Assembly (NCBI GenBank): GCA_030390025.1
Contig: CM059425.1
Location: 175,276,001 to 175,340,000 of the forward strand
Length of the DNA: 64,000 bases
Reading direction: 5' to 3'
DNA from: Squalus acanthias
Lineage: Eukaryota
In this document: piece by piece, positions 49,148 to 62,024 of the stretch
Layout: each line of letters starts with the position of its first letter
Numbering within the stretch: position 1 is the stretch's first letter
Notes under the pieces: model-generated
The model's database searches: none
Told to the model about the DNA's origin: nothing
The model's input: the letters and a program-made list of their open reading frames with translations, nothing else
Translations under genes and position numbers: made by a program

Positions 49148-51479
49148 ACAAAAAAAAGAAAATCAAATGAATGCTGTTGACTTTGGTGACACTACTTGAA
49201 ACAAATGACTGTTACAAGAAATTCTAACAGCTTCCAGCACTTTTAGTTCAGTAATTTCTTTTTTGGGGGGAAAAAAAGACAAATTTGAAAAGTTTTTTTT
49301 TAAAGATTGTGCATGGGAGAGAAAAAAATGATCATGTTATTATATAACTGTTGTAAGTTCTGTTTTGTGTTCTATAAACTTTACAAGTGTATTAAAAGCT
49401 AAAGGGGAAACAGATGAGTGAGGGAGGGTGAGTGAGACTGGGGTTGGATAGAGAGAGGGAGAGTGCTTTCTTAATTTAATTTTACTTCAATTTAAAATAA
49501 ATACCAGTTGAATTTTGAAGACATCTAATTACCTCCTCCCGTGTTTTGTTGGCAGAAAAGAGCAATGCTAATTATGTACACCTGTGAGACAGAGATTCTA
49601 ATTTCTAACGCCTATGAGACAGAGAAATGACGGTGTTCTGATGACATGCCAGTGTAGGTTTTGTTTTGGGTTCTATAAACTTTAAAAAGTGTAGAATTTT
49701 GAGAGTAAGAGAGACACTAGAGTCACAGATAGATGATGAGAGAGAGAAGACGGAAGTTGAATGGTCAGACGGTGAGGCGGGCCTCTGGCTTCTTGGCACC
49801 CACTAGTTGGCGGGGGAAGTGGATGGAGGGTTAAGGGTGATGTGCATGATAGCAAAGCAGGAGACGATATAGAGGTTGAGTGGGTAGTTCAAAGCGTAAG
49901 AGATAGGGGTAGTGAGAGGTGGTAGGAAGAGGAATGAGCAGTTGGAAGGGGTAGGGGAGCAAAGGGGAAGGTGAAGCATGAGTGATGGGGTAGGGGGATG
50001 GGAAGAAAGTCAGTGAGCCAGATTTTTCATACAACCCCATCCCAAATGCAGCCTGCAGCTGCTGCTGGGTCCTTTCCCTGCCACACTACCCCATACCACC
50101 CTTCACCTCCCATCTGAAAGGCAAGAGTAAAAAAAAGACAAAGAAGCAGAAGGCAGAGAGAGGAACAAAAATAAGATTTAAGGCGAGAGAAGCAGCATGA
50201 GAGAGACAGAGAAAGAGTAACACGAAAACATATCTATCCCCCACTCCTCCAGCTGCCTCTTCCTGACTTGAGTGGCCATACCTGACCCCCTTCTTAACTG
50301 CCAACCAACCATTCACTACCATGACCAGCGAACTAGCTTGAAGTTTTTTTTTAAGTGCTTATTGCACTTTTATAAAGATAGTAAAAATGCAGCAAGTGCT
50401 TTAAAGAACTTCTAGCCAGTTCCGAGGTCAGGATTTTGAATGCAGCTATAGTGTTTTTCTTAGCACCCTACCACCCAAATGCTACTGAACTCCAAGACCC
50501 CTTTTACACAATCCTCCTAGTTAATTGACACCCCGACCCAATACTCTCGCACCTTGGAGCCACTGCCCTCTACTCGTAGGTCACAGCAACCCCCTACCAA
50601 TGGTCCCCGGAGCCCAGCATCCTCTTCCCAGGCCACACAAGACAGCACACCCAGACTCTAATACCCACTCTAATTACCCCCATTGCCTAATATTTCCATA
50701 CTGCCTTCTCTAGTATTGACCACCCACCCCAGAAATGCAATTCTCCAGGACCCCTCTCCCAATGTTTTCAGCTTCTGGGATTTCCCCTTCTCATTAATTA
50801 CAGACTCTAATACGATCCTCCCATCAGTGCTACACCTCAGCATTTTCCTTTCACCATTGCCACACCCCTGAGACCCAACTCCCAGTTTTCCCACATCCAA
50901 GATCTCCCTCCCAAAACTCCCATAGTCTCCATTCCTTTCCAGTGTTCCCAGACCCAAAGAACATCTTCTGACCACTGCCATACCCGTACATCGCTTCCCA
51001 CCCCTTCTCGTCTTCCACCAAATCACTCCCATTAGTCACGAAGCCTGGAACCCGGCTTCCCAATATCCCCTGCATTACCTGCCACCTAGAACATCTTCCT
51101 GCATATCATGAGTTTTCAAAGAGGATAATTGAAATTTGGGGAGTTTTTTTTTTTTATATAGAGGCCAGCATAGTGAGAAGGCAGCTGAGGGGGTTCTGGC
51201 TTGAACTGCAATGAGTGATTGATAAAGTACTAAATTATAGTTTTTGACTGGTTAGTTGTTAACGGATTGTCTTTTCAAGTACTGACTGGGTTAGTTTGAC
51301 AAACTCGCTATCCTAGGTGTGAAAGGCTGTTTCGAAATTGGTACCTGTGTTTGAATTGGCTGTGTAATGACTGTGTGCTTGAATACATTTATGTAAGTGG
51401 TACAAAAAGAGAGGCAATTGAGTGACAGGAAGCCAGTTGATTAGGCAAGGGAAGTCACAAACAATGCCACAGCACCATG

Positions 51480-51870
51480 GAGCAAATAATTACTGGCGAG
51501 GGGGGCAAGAAATGTTAGTGCTGAAAAATGCAATAGTTCGAGAGGATTCTGCTGTTGAGGGATAAACAATGTTTTCTGCAACCATGACCAGCAGTTCTGA
51601 ATGATCTGGTGCCTCCCAGGTGCCAGGGTAAGGGAACAAATGAAGAAAATTCTGGAAAAGGAGGGTGAATAGATTGAAGTCATAGTTCACATTGGAACCA
51701 GTGCCATGGGCAAGAACAAGATGGAAGTCTTGCAAAGGCACATGTCATTAGATTAAAAAACAGGATTTGCTCGGCACGTTGAGGAGAAGCAGATTAGTCT
51801 CATCAATGCAGTTGGTGTAGAAGGAAAAGTTACAGATTTCTAGGGTGTTTGGATACATTCTGGGAATGAT
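51480..51870 (+). mobile_element. Old CR1 ORF1 esterase remnant
   Basis: CLPGARV and IVHIGTS remnants match ORF1 at 62025-62490. Confidence 0.6.
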
Positions 51871-53356
51871 TCTGAATTTCTCTTTGTTCCCAATGATTTA
51901 AAACCCAGCTGAAAGATGAATTTAAGAAAATATTTGAAGTAAAAGTTTTGCATTAAAACTATTATTAAATGCTTCTTTTAGTTTAAAGACAGTCTAGATC
52001 AGAGAGATGGAGGCAGATGACTTGTCCACTTGTGCAAATGTTTTGTTTACACTTGGGATTCAAAAACAATTGTTTATATAAAGATTTGATTATGTATTTG
52101 TGCTATATACACCTAGCGTGTACTGTCACCTAACCGTAAAATTTAATTAAAAAAAAGCAAGAGTAGCTGAACAAATTGAAAGGTTTATTTTTTCTGCATT
52201 TTGGATACCAAGTAATTAAATAAAAGCTCTGAGTTACACAATTACTGTCTGTGCCAGGGCTGTATTTGTATTAAAACAGCCATGCCTTTATTTTTCTAGA
52301 GAAGAGTGAGATAATAAAATTATTTATGCAGCTGCAGTGCATAAGGAAAAACTATGGGAATTTTACTTTTCTGGATTTCTAGTGGGACGTCTTGTCTGCT
52401 GGGAGCACATATCAGAAATTTGAGCTTGTACTACTCGTGATTTTCTGGTCACTAATGTAAATGGTTGGAAGATCATGTGCAGTGCATGCCTTAAGTTCTC
52501 ATGCACCAGGAGCATGAAGTCCGAAAACTACCTGTTACTTGTTTGCCAAGAAACAATTAAAAAAAAAACCTAAGATGTCTCTTTGTAAAATCTTTCACTG
52601 CAGATGTCCACCCCTCCTGTACGTAAACACCCTAGCACCCACTTCCTGGAATAGTGTAATCTCTGACTAGAATATTGAAAATGGTATTTCTGTTGCACTT
52701 TTTATCTGTCACATTTCCAAAGTCATATTGACAAAATAGCAATGTCAGAACACTTATCAATCAGAAGTGCTGATATTGAAGTTGATAAAATAAATACAAA
52801 TTCAGCCTAATCGCTCAAAATAGATATTTTTTCAAAAATCCTTTGCCCGCCATTTATCTTTCTCAAAACAGTTATTGAGGACTCGAATAGGGTTCGACTA
52901 TCATGAAAATGAAAAAAAAACTCCATGTATATATAAGGGGGTATAACGAGAGGCAAGCAGGCAGTGGAGACTATATGGGTAGAATTAAGAAATAGGAAAG
53001 GATTTAAGAATGCAGTGGGAGTTGTGTTTCGGCCTCCTGGTAGCAGCTGTGAAGTGCTAGATTGGTTAACGGACAGAAAACAGAGTAGGAATAAACAGGT
53101 CATTTTCGGGTTGGCAGGGGTACCACGAGGATCAGTGCTTGGGCCTCAGCTATTCACAATCTATATCAATGATTTGGATGAGGGGACCACATGTAACATA
53201 TCCAAGTTTGCTGATGATATATAGCTGGGTGGGAATGTAAGTTGTGAGGAGGATGCAAAGAAGCTTCAAGGGGATAAAAACAAGTTAAATGAGTGGGCAA
53301 GAACATGGCAAATGGAAAATAATGTGGAGAAATGTGAAGTTATCCACTTTGGTAGG

Positions 53357-53565
53357 TGACATGAATCTTGTATGAAGTAATACTGGGCGGCCTGCTGGTG
53401 GCGCTGTCCAGGTAGAGTATAAATACTCGGGCATGAGCCCAGCTTGCTTAGGACATTCCTCGACAGGAACTAGTGAAGGACACAACTAGATCTCCATGTT
53501 GAAAACCAGTTGATTAAAGCTTTGTTTAACACTTAGACCAAGTGTCTAGTAGTTTTCTTACGTCA
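53357..53565 (+). repeat. 5' LTR
   Basis: TG...CA ends, TATAAA at 53418, ATTAAA at 53513; identical by eye to 57600-57808. Confidence 0.97.
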
Positions 53566-53665
53566 ATTTAATCAACTGAACCTGCTCCACGCTCTGAGTA
53601 GTTTTGGGAACAGACGGCTACGACTCAAACGGTAGAAGGGAACCAGATATAGTAATCAATCCATC

Positions 53666-54590
53666 ATGGAGAAACTACTCCGACCCACTCGTCTTGACTT
53701 GGACCCAAATTCACCTACAACTGCTAAGGTATGGAAACACTGGTATTGTACCTTCAGCAACTACCTCAGGGCATGTGGTGAGAATGTTCCTGATAAGTTA
53801 GAGATACTTGCCAATTATGTATCCCCTTATGTGTTTGATTATATCGAAGACTGTGTAGACTATGACTCCGCTATCCGAATACTACAGCAACTATATGTTA
53901 AGGCCCCAAACGAAATTTTTGCTCGGCATCTACTGGCCACAACGCGACAACAACCCGGGGTATCACTTGACGAATTCCTTCAAAAGCTTCGCAGGCTCAG
54001 CAAAGATTGTAATCTCAAGGCTGTCTCAGCTGAGCAGTACCAGGAGGAGTTAATTCGTGATTCTTTTATTAATGGAATTGCGTCTCCCTTCATACGCCAG
54101 CGTCTGCTGAAGAATAAAACCCTCGAGTTACAAGCTGCCTATGACCAGGCATATTCTCTGGACTTGGCAAAAAAAAATGCCTATCTTTTACCACGTGCAC
54201 GGACTGCTGCTATCACTTTTAGTGACCCCTCCGATAAGCCTCAGGCGGAAGCCCTCACTGATGATGACTCTATCCTAGCTGATGACGACCCTACCCTAGC
54301 GGCATCTTGGCGATCTAAAAGGAAGTGTTTCTTCTGTGGAGGTATATTTCATTATAGGAAATTTTGTTCTGCTCGTAATGCAATCTGCAATCATTGCAGT
54401 AAGAAAGGTCACTTCTCGAAAGTATGTCAGTCAAGAGCCTCTTCTAGGGTTACAGCTGCTCCCTATAAAACTGCTCCTCCTCCAAGAGCTACTACTAATG
54501 TTACAGCTATCATCTATAAAACTGCTGCTCCCCCAAGAGCCGCTACTAATGTTCCAGCTGTCGAGGATAAAACTGCCCCTCCTCCCATCA
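53666..54590 (+). CDS. gag: Gypsy gag (open frame)
   Basis: MEKLLRPTRLDLDP...WKHW, LIRDSFINGI and tandem CCHC knuckles CFFCGGIFHYRKFC / CNHCSKKGHFSKVC. Confidence 0.85.
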
Positions 54591-57342
54591 GCTGTTTTTC
54601 CCCAAAGCCTGTCCCATGCAGCCACGAAGGTTTCGGTAAATGGACACATTTTGAGTGCATTAATCGACTCATGCAGCTCTGACAGCTTCATCAGTGAGCA
54701 GGCTGTCAGTAAGTTAAAACTGCGTATTTACCCCTCGGACAGGGAAATTGCAATGGCTCTGATGACACTGACCGCTAACTCTTCCGGCTTTTGTCTTGTC
54801 GACCTTATTCTCAATGGCCGCACTTATTTCTCCACCCGGCTCGGGGTGCTCAAAAACCTATGCAGTGATGTGCTTCTGGGACAGGATTTCCAGAAACAAC
54901 ACAAAAGACTCACTTTCGAGTTTGGAGGATCAAAGCCGGAGCTTACTATTTCCAAAGTACAGTTTTGTGCACTTTTGGCGGCTTCGCTCGACGAGCCCTC
55001 CTTGTTTGCCAATCTTTCCCCCCCGATGTAAGCCCATAGCCACTAAATCACGATGTTTCAGCCAAGATGACCTATCCTTTATCGAGGCAGAGATCTCTCG
55101 CCGCCTTGCTGACGGTATCATTGAGCCATGTTAATTTTCCTGGCGGGCTCAAGTCGTCATTGTTAAAAATCCTCTGAAGCAGCACATGAAACGTCTTTGC
55201 ATCGATTACTCGCAAACTATTAACTAGTATACTGACCTGGATGTCTACCCACTACCACGCATCGATGACATGGTCAATAACCTTGCTAACTACAAGGTAT
55301 TTTCAACTTTTGACTTAGAGCGCATACCATCAAGTACCGTTAAAGGACTGACAAAAAGTATACGGCTTTTGAGGCCAATGGTCGGCTTTACCAGTTTCGT
55401 CGCCTTCCATTCGGGGTCACCAATGGGGTGGCCGTCTTTCAACGGGCAATGGATAGCCTAGTCAAACAGGAGAACTTAACAGACACTTTTCCATATCTGG
55501 ATAATATCACCATTGCTGGTCATGACCAGAAGGAGCATGATGCCAACCTCCAGAAATTTCTTGACGTTCTCCGTCGTCGCAACTTAACCTTCAATGAGTC
55601 CAAATCTGTGAAATCAGTACCATCAGTCAACATCCTTGGCTACTGGGTGGGCAATGGTGTCATCAAACCGGATCCGGAGCAACTTCGTCCCCATCAGGAG
55701 CTCCCTCCTCCTACGAATCTCAACTCTCTTTGTCGGGCCCTCGGCATGTTCGCCTATTATGCGAAGTGGATACCTCACTTTTCCGACAAGATCCAGCCCC
55801 TGCTTCACGCGAAGTCATTTCCATTGGAGGCGAGGGCTATTTCAGCTTTCAACCTCCTCAAGCAACAACTGGAAAAAGCCGCGCTTCATTCCATCGATGA
55901 AAATCTCCCTTTCGTGGTCGAGTGCGATGCATCAGAGGTGGCGATCTCGGCTACCCTGAATCAAGGCGGTCGACCCGTTGCATTTCTGTCTAGAACTTTG
56001 CAGGGTAGCGAGCTCCATTATCCTCCTGTCGAGAAGGAGGCTACGGCTATCATCGAAGCAGTACGTAAATGGAGTCATTTTCTCGCTCGTCGCCATTTCA
56101 CGCTCATAACCGATCAGCGCTTGGTGGCCTTTTTGCTGGATAACCGGAAACACACTAAAATCAAGAATAACAAAAATACAGCTCTGGAGGATGGAATTGG
56201 CTGCCTTTGGCTACACCATACAGTATCGACCCGGCAAGGAGAATGTGGCCCCGGATACCCTCACGCGTGCATTCTGCTCTTCCTTGTCAACTTCGACTCT
56301 TGCGGATCTTCATACTGACTTATGCCATCCGGGCGTTACCCGTATGTTGCACTTTGTGCGATCTAAAAATCTCCCATTTTCGACAGAAGACGTGAAAAGA
56401 ACATGCTCCACTTGTAGAAATTGCGTGGAATTAAAACCGCAATTCTTCCGTCCGTCGGATGGCTCACTCATACACGCTACACAGCCTATGCAGCGACTCA
56501 GCATTGACTTTAAAGGGCCATTGCCTTCCTCAACGCGAAACACCTACTTGCTTACAATGGTGGACGAATATTCACGCTTTCCCTTTGCTTTCCCCTGTCC
56601 CAATATGCTTACTTCCACAGTGATCAAATGCCTCGATCAGGTCTTTTCCCTTTGCGGTACGGCCAATTTCATCCACTCTGATCAGGGTCCCTCCTTCATG
56701 TCAAGCAAACTCAAAAGTTATCTTACCCAACGGGGAATCGCCACAAGTAAAATGACACCGTATCATCCTATTGGAAACTGACAGGTTGAGAGATACAACG
56801 CTATAATTTGGAACGCTGTTCATCTTGCACTGAGGTCACACAATCTACCAGACCAGCAGTGGGAAACTATGCTCCCTGACGCGTTGCATTCCATCAGGTC
56901 TCTTCTTTCTACATCCACCAATGTTACTCCTCACGAACGATTCTTCGGGTTCCAGCGTCGCTCCACTCATGGGATGTCTCTACCATCATGGTTGGCAGCT
57001 CCTGGCTCCGTGCTGCTCCAAAGATTCGTCCGATCTTCCAAGAGTGATCCCCTCGTCGATGAGGTGGAACTAACGGATGTCAATCCTACATATGCGTACG
57101 TGCGGTACCCTGATGGCCGGGAGTCCACAGTTTCACTTCGGGATCTGGCTCCCTGCCCAACCGGTCCCACGGACCCAATCGATCGAGAGATTCGTATTAA
57201 CGACGCCGATACTCCGCACTCCTCCGAGGATGACGGCCTATCCGGGACATCAAGCTACTCCGCTGGATCAACCCGGGGAACAGAGCGCTCCCCGCGGGAT
57301 GGCCACCTGAAGCCAGGACGCCGGTCAATCACCTGCTACTGA
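54590..57342 (+). pseudogene. pol: Gypsy pol (protease, RT, RNase H, integrase), disrupted
   Basis: Motifs LIDSCS, LLGQDF, WRAQVV, PFGVTNG, YLDN, VECDAS, EKEATA, TDQ, H...HPG...C..C, IDFKGP, HSDQG, QVERYN. Stops at 55132, 55225 and 56779, plus several frameshifts. Confidence 0.92.
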
Positions 57343-57599
57343 GCAGGATGAAGCCAGCTCTGCGCCGGTGAGGACCCGCACCCGGAGCCACGATCTCCCC
57401 AGTCCCCCTCAGGTCGATCAAGGTGACACGGACTCTGCCAGCCCGCCGGTACGAACCAAGCAACCCAGGGACCAAAACACAGTCCGAGGAGACGTGCCTT
57501 CCGGCCTCCAACGGAAATCCAAACGACTGCGTCTATTCTTAGTCCGGCTAATTCGGTAGAAGGAAGCCGCCGGACTTCCAATCTTTCAGGCGGGAAGAA

Positions 57600-57808
57600 T
57601 GACATGAATCTTGTATGAAGTAATACTGGGCGGCCTGCTGGTGGCGCTGTCCAGGTAGAGTATAAATACTCGGGCATGAGCCCAGCTTGCTTAGGACATT
57701 CCTCGACAGGAACTAGTGAAGGACACAACTAGATCTCCATGTTGAAAACCAGTTGATTAAAGCTTTGTTTAACACTTAGACCAAGTGTCTAGTAGTTTTC
57801 TTACGTCA
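57600..57808 (+). repeat. 3' LTR
   Basis: 209-bp direct repeat of 53357-53565, followed by the TSD GTAGG. Confidence 0.97.
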
Positions 57809-59031
57809 GTAGGAAAAATAGAAAAGCAGAGTATTTTTTTAAATGGTGAGAGATTAGGAATTTTTGGTGTTGAGGGCCCTGGGTGTCCTTATACACGAAT
57901 CACTGAAAGTTAACATGCCGGTACAGCAAGCAGTTAGGAAAGCAAATGGTATGTTGGCCTTTATTACAAGAGGATTTGAGTATAAGAGTAAAGACGTCTT
58001 ACTGCAATTATATAGGGCCCTGGTGAGACCACAGCTGGAGTATTGTGTACAGTTTTGGTCTCCTTACCGAAGGAAGGATATACTTGCCATAGAGTGAGTG
58101 CAACGAAGGTTCACCAGACTGATTCCTGGGGTAGGGGGCATTGTCCTATGAGGAAAGATTGAGTAGACTAGGCCTATATTCTCTAGAGTTTAGAAGAATG
58201 AGAGGTGATCTCATTGAAACATACAACATGTTTACAGGGCTTGACAGGGTAGATGCAGGGAGGATGTTTCCCCTGGCTGGGGAGTCTAGAACCAGGGGTC
58301 ACAGTCTCAGAATAAGGGGTCAGCCATTTTAAACTGAGATGAGGAGAAATTTCTTCACTGAGGGTGGTGAATCTTTGGAATTCTCTACCCCAGAGGGCTG
58401 TGGATGCTCAGTCGTTGAGTGGATTCAAGACAGAGCTCGACAGATTTTTGAATATTAAAGGAATCAAGGGATATGGGGATAGTGCAGGAAAGTGGAGAAG
58501 AGGTAGATGATCAGCCATGGTCTTATTGAATGGCGGAGCAGGCTCGAAGAGCCAAATGGCCTACTCCTGCTCCTATTTCTTATGTTCTTATAAATTCAGA
58601 GATTAAACATGCAGAGGCAGGGGGATTTTAACTTTCATATAGATTGGGATAAGCAGACTAGCACCTGTAAGAAAGGTAGTGAATTTCTTGAGTGAGTCCG
58701 GGATAGTTTTTTACAACAATATGTCCTAAAGGCAACAAGGGGGCATGCCATATTAGATTTAGTAATGAGTAATGAGCCAGATTTAGTTAACAGCCTAACT
58801 GTGCGTGAACATTTATCTAATAGTGATCGTAACATGATCGAGTTCAATGTAGCGTTTGAAAGGGAGAAACTCGAAACAGCTACTAAGATTCTAGATTTGG
58901 GTAAGGCTAACTTCAAAGGGATGAGACAGAGACTGTCATAAGAACATAAGAAGTAGGAGCAGGAATAGGCCATACGGCCCCTCGGGCCTGCTCCGCCATT
59001 CAATAGGATCATGGCTGATCCGAACCAAGAC

Positions 59032-61986
59032 TCACGTCCACTTCCCTGCCCGCTCCCCATAACCCTTAATTCCCTTATCAGCTAGGAAACTGTCTATCTC
59101 CGTTTTAAATTTATTTAATGTCGCAGCTTCCACAGCTCTCTGAGGTAGCAAATTCCATAGATTTACTACCCTCTGAGTGAAGAAGTTTCTCCGCATCTCA
59201 GTTTTGAAACAGCAGTCCCTTATTCTAAGATTATGCCCCCTAGTTCTAGTCTCACCCATCAATGGAAACATCCTCCCCGCCTCCACCTGATCAAGCCCCC
59301 TCACAATCTTATATGTTTCGATAAGATCGCCTCTCATTCTTCTGTATTCCAATGAGTAGAGGCCCAACCTACTCAACCGTTCCTCATAAGTCAACCCCCT
59401 CATCTCCGGAATCAACCGAGTGAACCTTCTCTGAACTGCCTCGAGAGCAAGTATATCTTTTCTTAAATATGGAAACCAAAACTGTACGCAGTATTCCAGG
59501 TGTGGCCTCACCAGTACCTTGTATAACTGAAGCAAGACTTCCCTGCTTTTATACTCCATCCCCCTTGCAATAAAAGCCAAGATTCCATTGGCCTTCCTGA
59601 TCACCTGCTGTACCTGCATACTAACCTTCTGTGTTTCATGCACCAGGACCCCCAGATCCCTTTGTACTGTAGCACTTTGCAGTTTCTTTCCATTTAGATA
59701 ATAACTTGCTCTTTGATTTTTTCTGCCAAAGTGCATAACCTCACACTTTCCAACATTATATTCCATCTGCCAAATTTCCGCCCACTCACTTAGCCTGTCT
59801 ATGTCCTTTTGCAGGTTTTTTATGTCCTCCTCACTCACTGCTTTTCCTCCCATCTTTGTATCGTCAGCAAAGTTGGATACGTTGCACTTGGTCCCCTCCT
59901 CCAAATCGTTAATATAGATTGTAAAGAGTTGGGGTCCCAGCACTGACCCTTGCGGAACACCACTAGTTACTGATTGCCAACCCGAGAATGAACCATTTAT
60001 CCCAACTCTCTGTTTTCTGTTAGATAGCCAATCTTCCACCCATGCCAGTATATTACCCCCAATCCCGTGATTTTTTTTATCTTGTGCAGTAATCTTTTGT
60101 GTGGCACCTTATCAAATGCCTTTTGGAAGTCTAAATACACCACATCCACTGGTTCCCCTTTATCCACCCTGTTTGTTACGTCCTCAAAGAATTCGAGCAA
60201 ATTTGTCAAGCATGATTTCCCCTTCATAAAACCATGCTGACTCTGTCCGATTAAATTATGCTTATCCAAATGTCCTGTTACTGCTTCCTTAATAATGGAC
60301 TCCAACATTTTACCAACCACAGATGTTAGGCTAACTGGTCTATAGTTTCCAGCCTTTTGTCTACCTCCCTTTTTAAATAAGGGTGTTACATTAGCAGTTT
60401 TCCAATCTGCTGGGACCTTTCCCGAATCCAGGGAGTTTTGGAAAATTATCACCAATGCATCCGCAATCCCTACCGCTGCTTCTCTCAAGACCCTAGGATG
60501 TAAGCCATCAGGTCCAGAGGATTTATCCGCCTTGAGTCCCATTATCTTACCGAGTACCATCTCCTTAGTGATTTTAATCGTGTTTAGCTCCTCCCCCTCT
60601 ATAGCCCCCCCGTTTGTCCAGTGTTGGGATATTTTTAGTATCCTCTACTGTAAAGACTGATACAAAATATTTGTTCAGCGTATTTGCCATTTCCGTGTTC
60701 CCCACTACTGATTTCCTGGTCTCATCCTCTAAGGGACCAACATTCACTTTAGCCACCCTTTTTCTTTTTATATAACTGTAGAAACTCTTGCTATCTGTTT
60801 TTATATTTTTTGCTAGTTTACCTTCATAATCTATCTTCCCCTTCTTAATTAATCTTTTAGTTATTCTTTGCTGGCTTTTAAATGCTTCCCAATCTTCTAT
60901 CCTCCCACTAGATTTGGCTACTTTATATACCCTTGTTTTCAGTCGGATACTATCCTTTATTACTTTACTTAGCCATGGATGGCTGTCTTTTCTTTTACGC
61001 CCCTTTTTTCTCAGTGGAATATATTTTTCTTGAAAGTTGTGAAATACCTCCTTGAATGTACACCACTGCTCCTGTACCGTCTTACACCTTAATCTATTTT
61101 CCCAGCCCACTTTAGTCAACTCTGCTCTCATACCTTCATAGTCTCCTTTATTTAAGCTTAGTACGCTGGTTTGAGATCCAACTCTCTCACCCTCCAACTG
61201 AATTTGGAATTCAACCATGTTATGGTCACTCATTCCCAGGGGATCCTTTACTAGGACATTTTTTATTAATCCTGTCTCATTACACAGGACCAGATCTAAG
61301 ATTGCCTGCCCCCTGGTTGGTTCAGTAACATACTGCTCAAGGAACCCGTCCCTAATGCACTCTATGAACTCTTCCTCAAGGCTGCCCTGCCCAATTTGAT
61401 TTGTCCAGTCAATATGAAAGTTAAAATCTCCCATGATTATAGCTGTTCCCTTATTACAAGCCCCAACTATTTCCTGATTTATACTCCGACCAATAGAGTT
61501 ACAACTGTTAGGAAGCCTATAGACTACGCCCACTAGTGACTTTTTCCCCTTATTATTCCTTATCTCCACCCAAACTGTTTCACTATCCTGATCCTTTGAC
61601 CCAATATCATTTCTCACTATTGCAGTGATTCCATCCTTTATTAACATAGCCACCCCACCTCCCTTTCCTTCCTGTCTGTCCTTCCTAATAGTCAAATACC
61701 CCTGGATGTTTAGTTCCCAGTCATGGTCACCTCGCAGCCATGTTTCTGTAATGGCCACCAGATCATACCCATGTGTAGTTATTTGTACCGTCAACTTGTC
61801 TATTTTGTTACGAATGCTGCGTGCATTCAGATAAAGAATGTTTAAACATGTTTTGTGACAATTTATTCCTGCTTTTACCCCCTTTACTACTTTACCTTTA
61901 TCTTTATATATTCTGTCCCTTCCTGACATGCTCTGGTTTTTAATTTCCCCACTGCTAATTTGCTCTATTGCCTTCTCCGCTGACAT
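59032..61986 (-). CDS. CR1 ORF2 (APE endonuclease + reverse transcriptase), two frameshifts
   Basis: LNARS, TETW, GDFN, SDH; GPDG, YRPVSL, DFQKAFD, PQGSVLGP, FADD. Breaks near 60600 (G runs) and 60075 (A8 run). Confidence 0.9.
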
Positions 61987-62024
61987 TTTTATTCTTCGCT
62001 CTCTTGAAACCTCCCCCCCACTAA

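Larger units (their letters stand above)
53357..57808 (+). mobile_element. Complete Ty3/Gypsy LTR retrotransposon (4452 bp), coding-defective
   Basis: Two 209-bp LTRs (TGAC...GTCA), 5-bp TSD GTAGG, domain order gag-PR-RT-RH-IN, and purine tract GGCGGGAAGAA before the 3' LTR. Confidence 0.97.
52965..58590 (+). mobile_element. CR1 fragment split by the LTR element (52965-53356 and 57809-58590)
   Basis: ...KCEVIHFG(R) is interrupted at GTAGG and resumes KNRKAEY after the 3' LTR; tail at ~58560-58590. Confidence 0.92.

Noticed and set aside
53285..53485. Duplicated ORF MCPSLVPVEECPKQ (also at 57336-57728)
   Set aside because: It is the antisense reading of the two identical LTRs.
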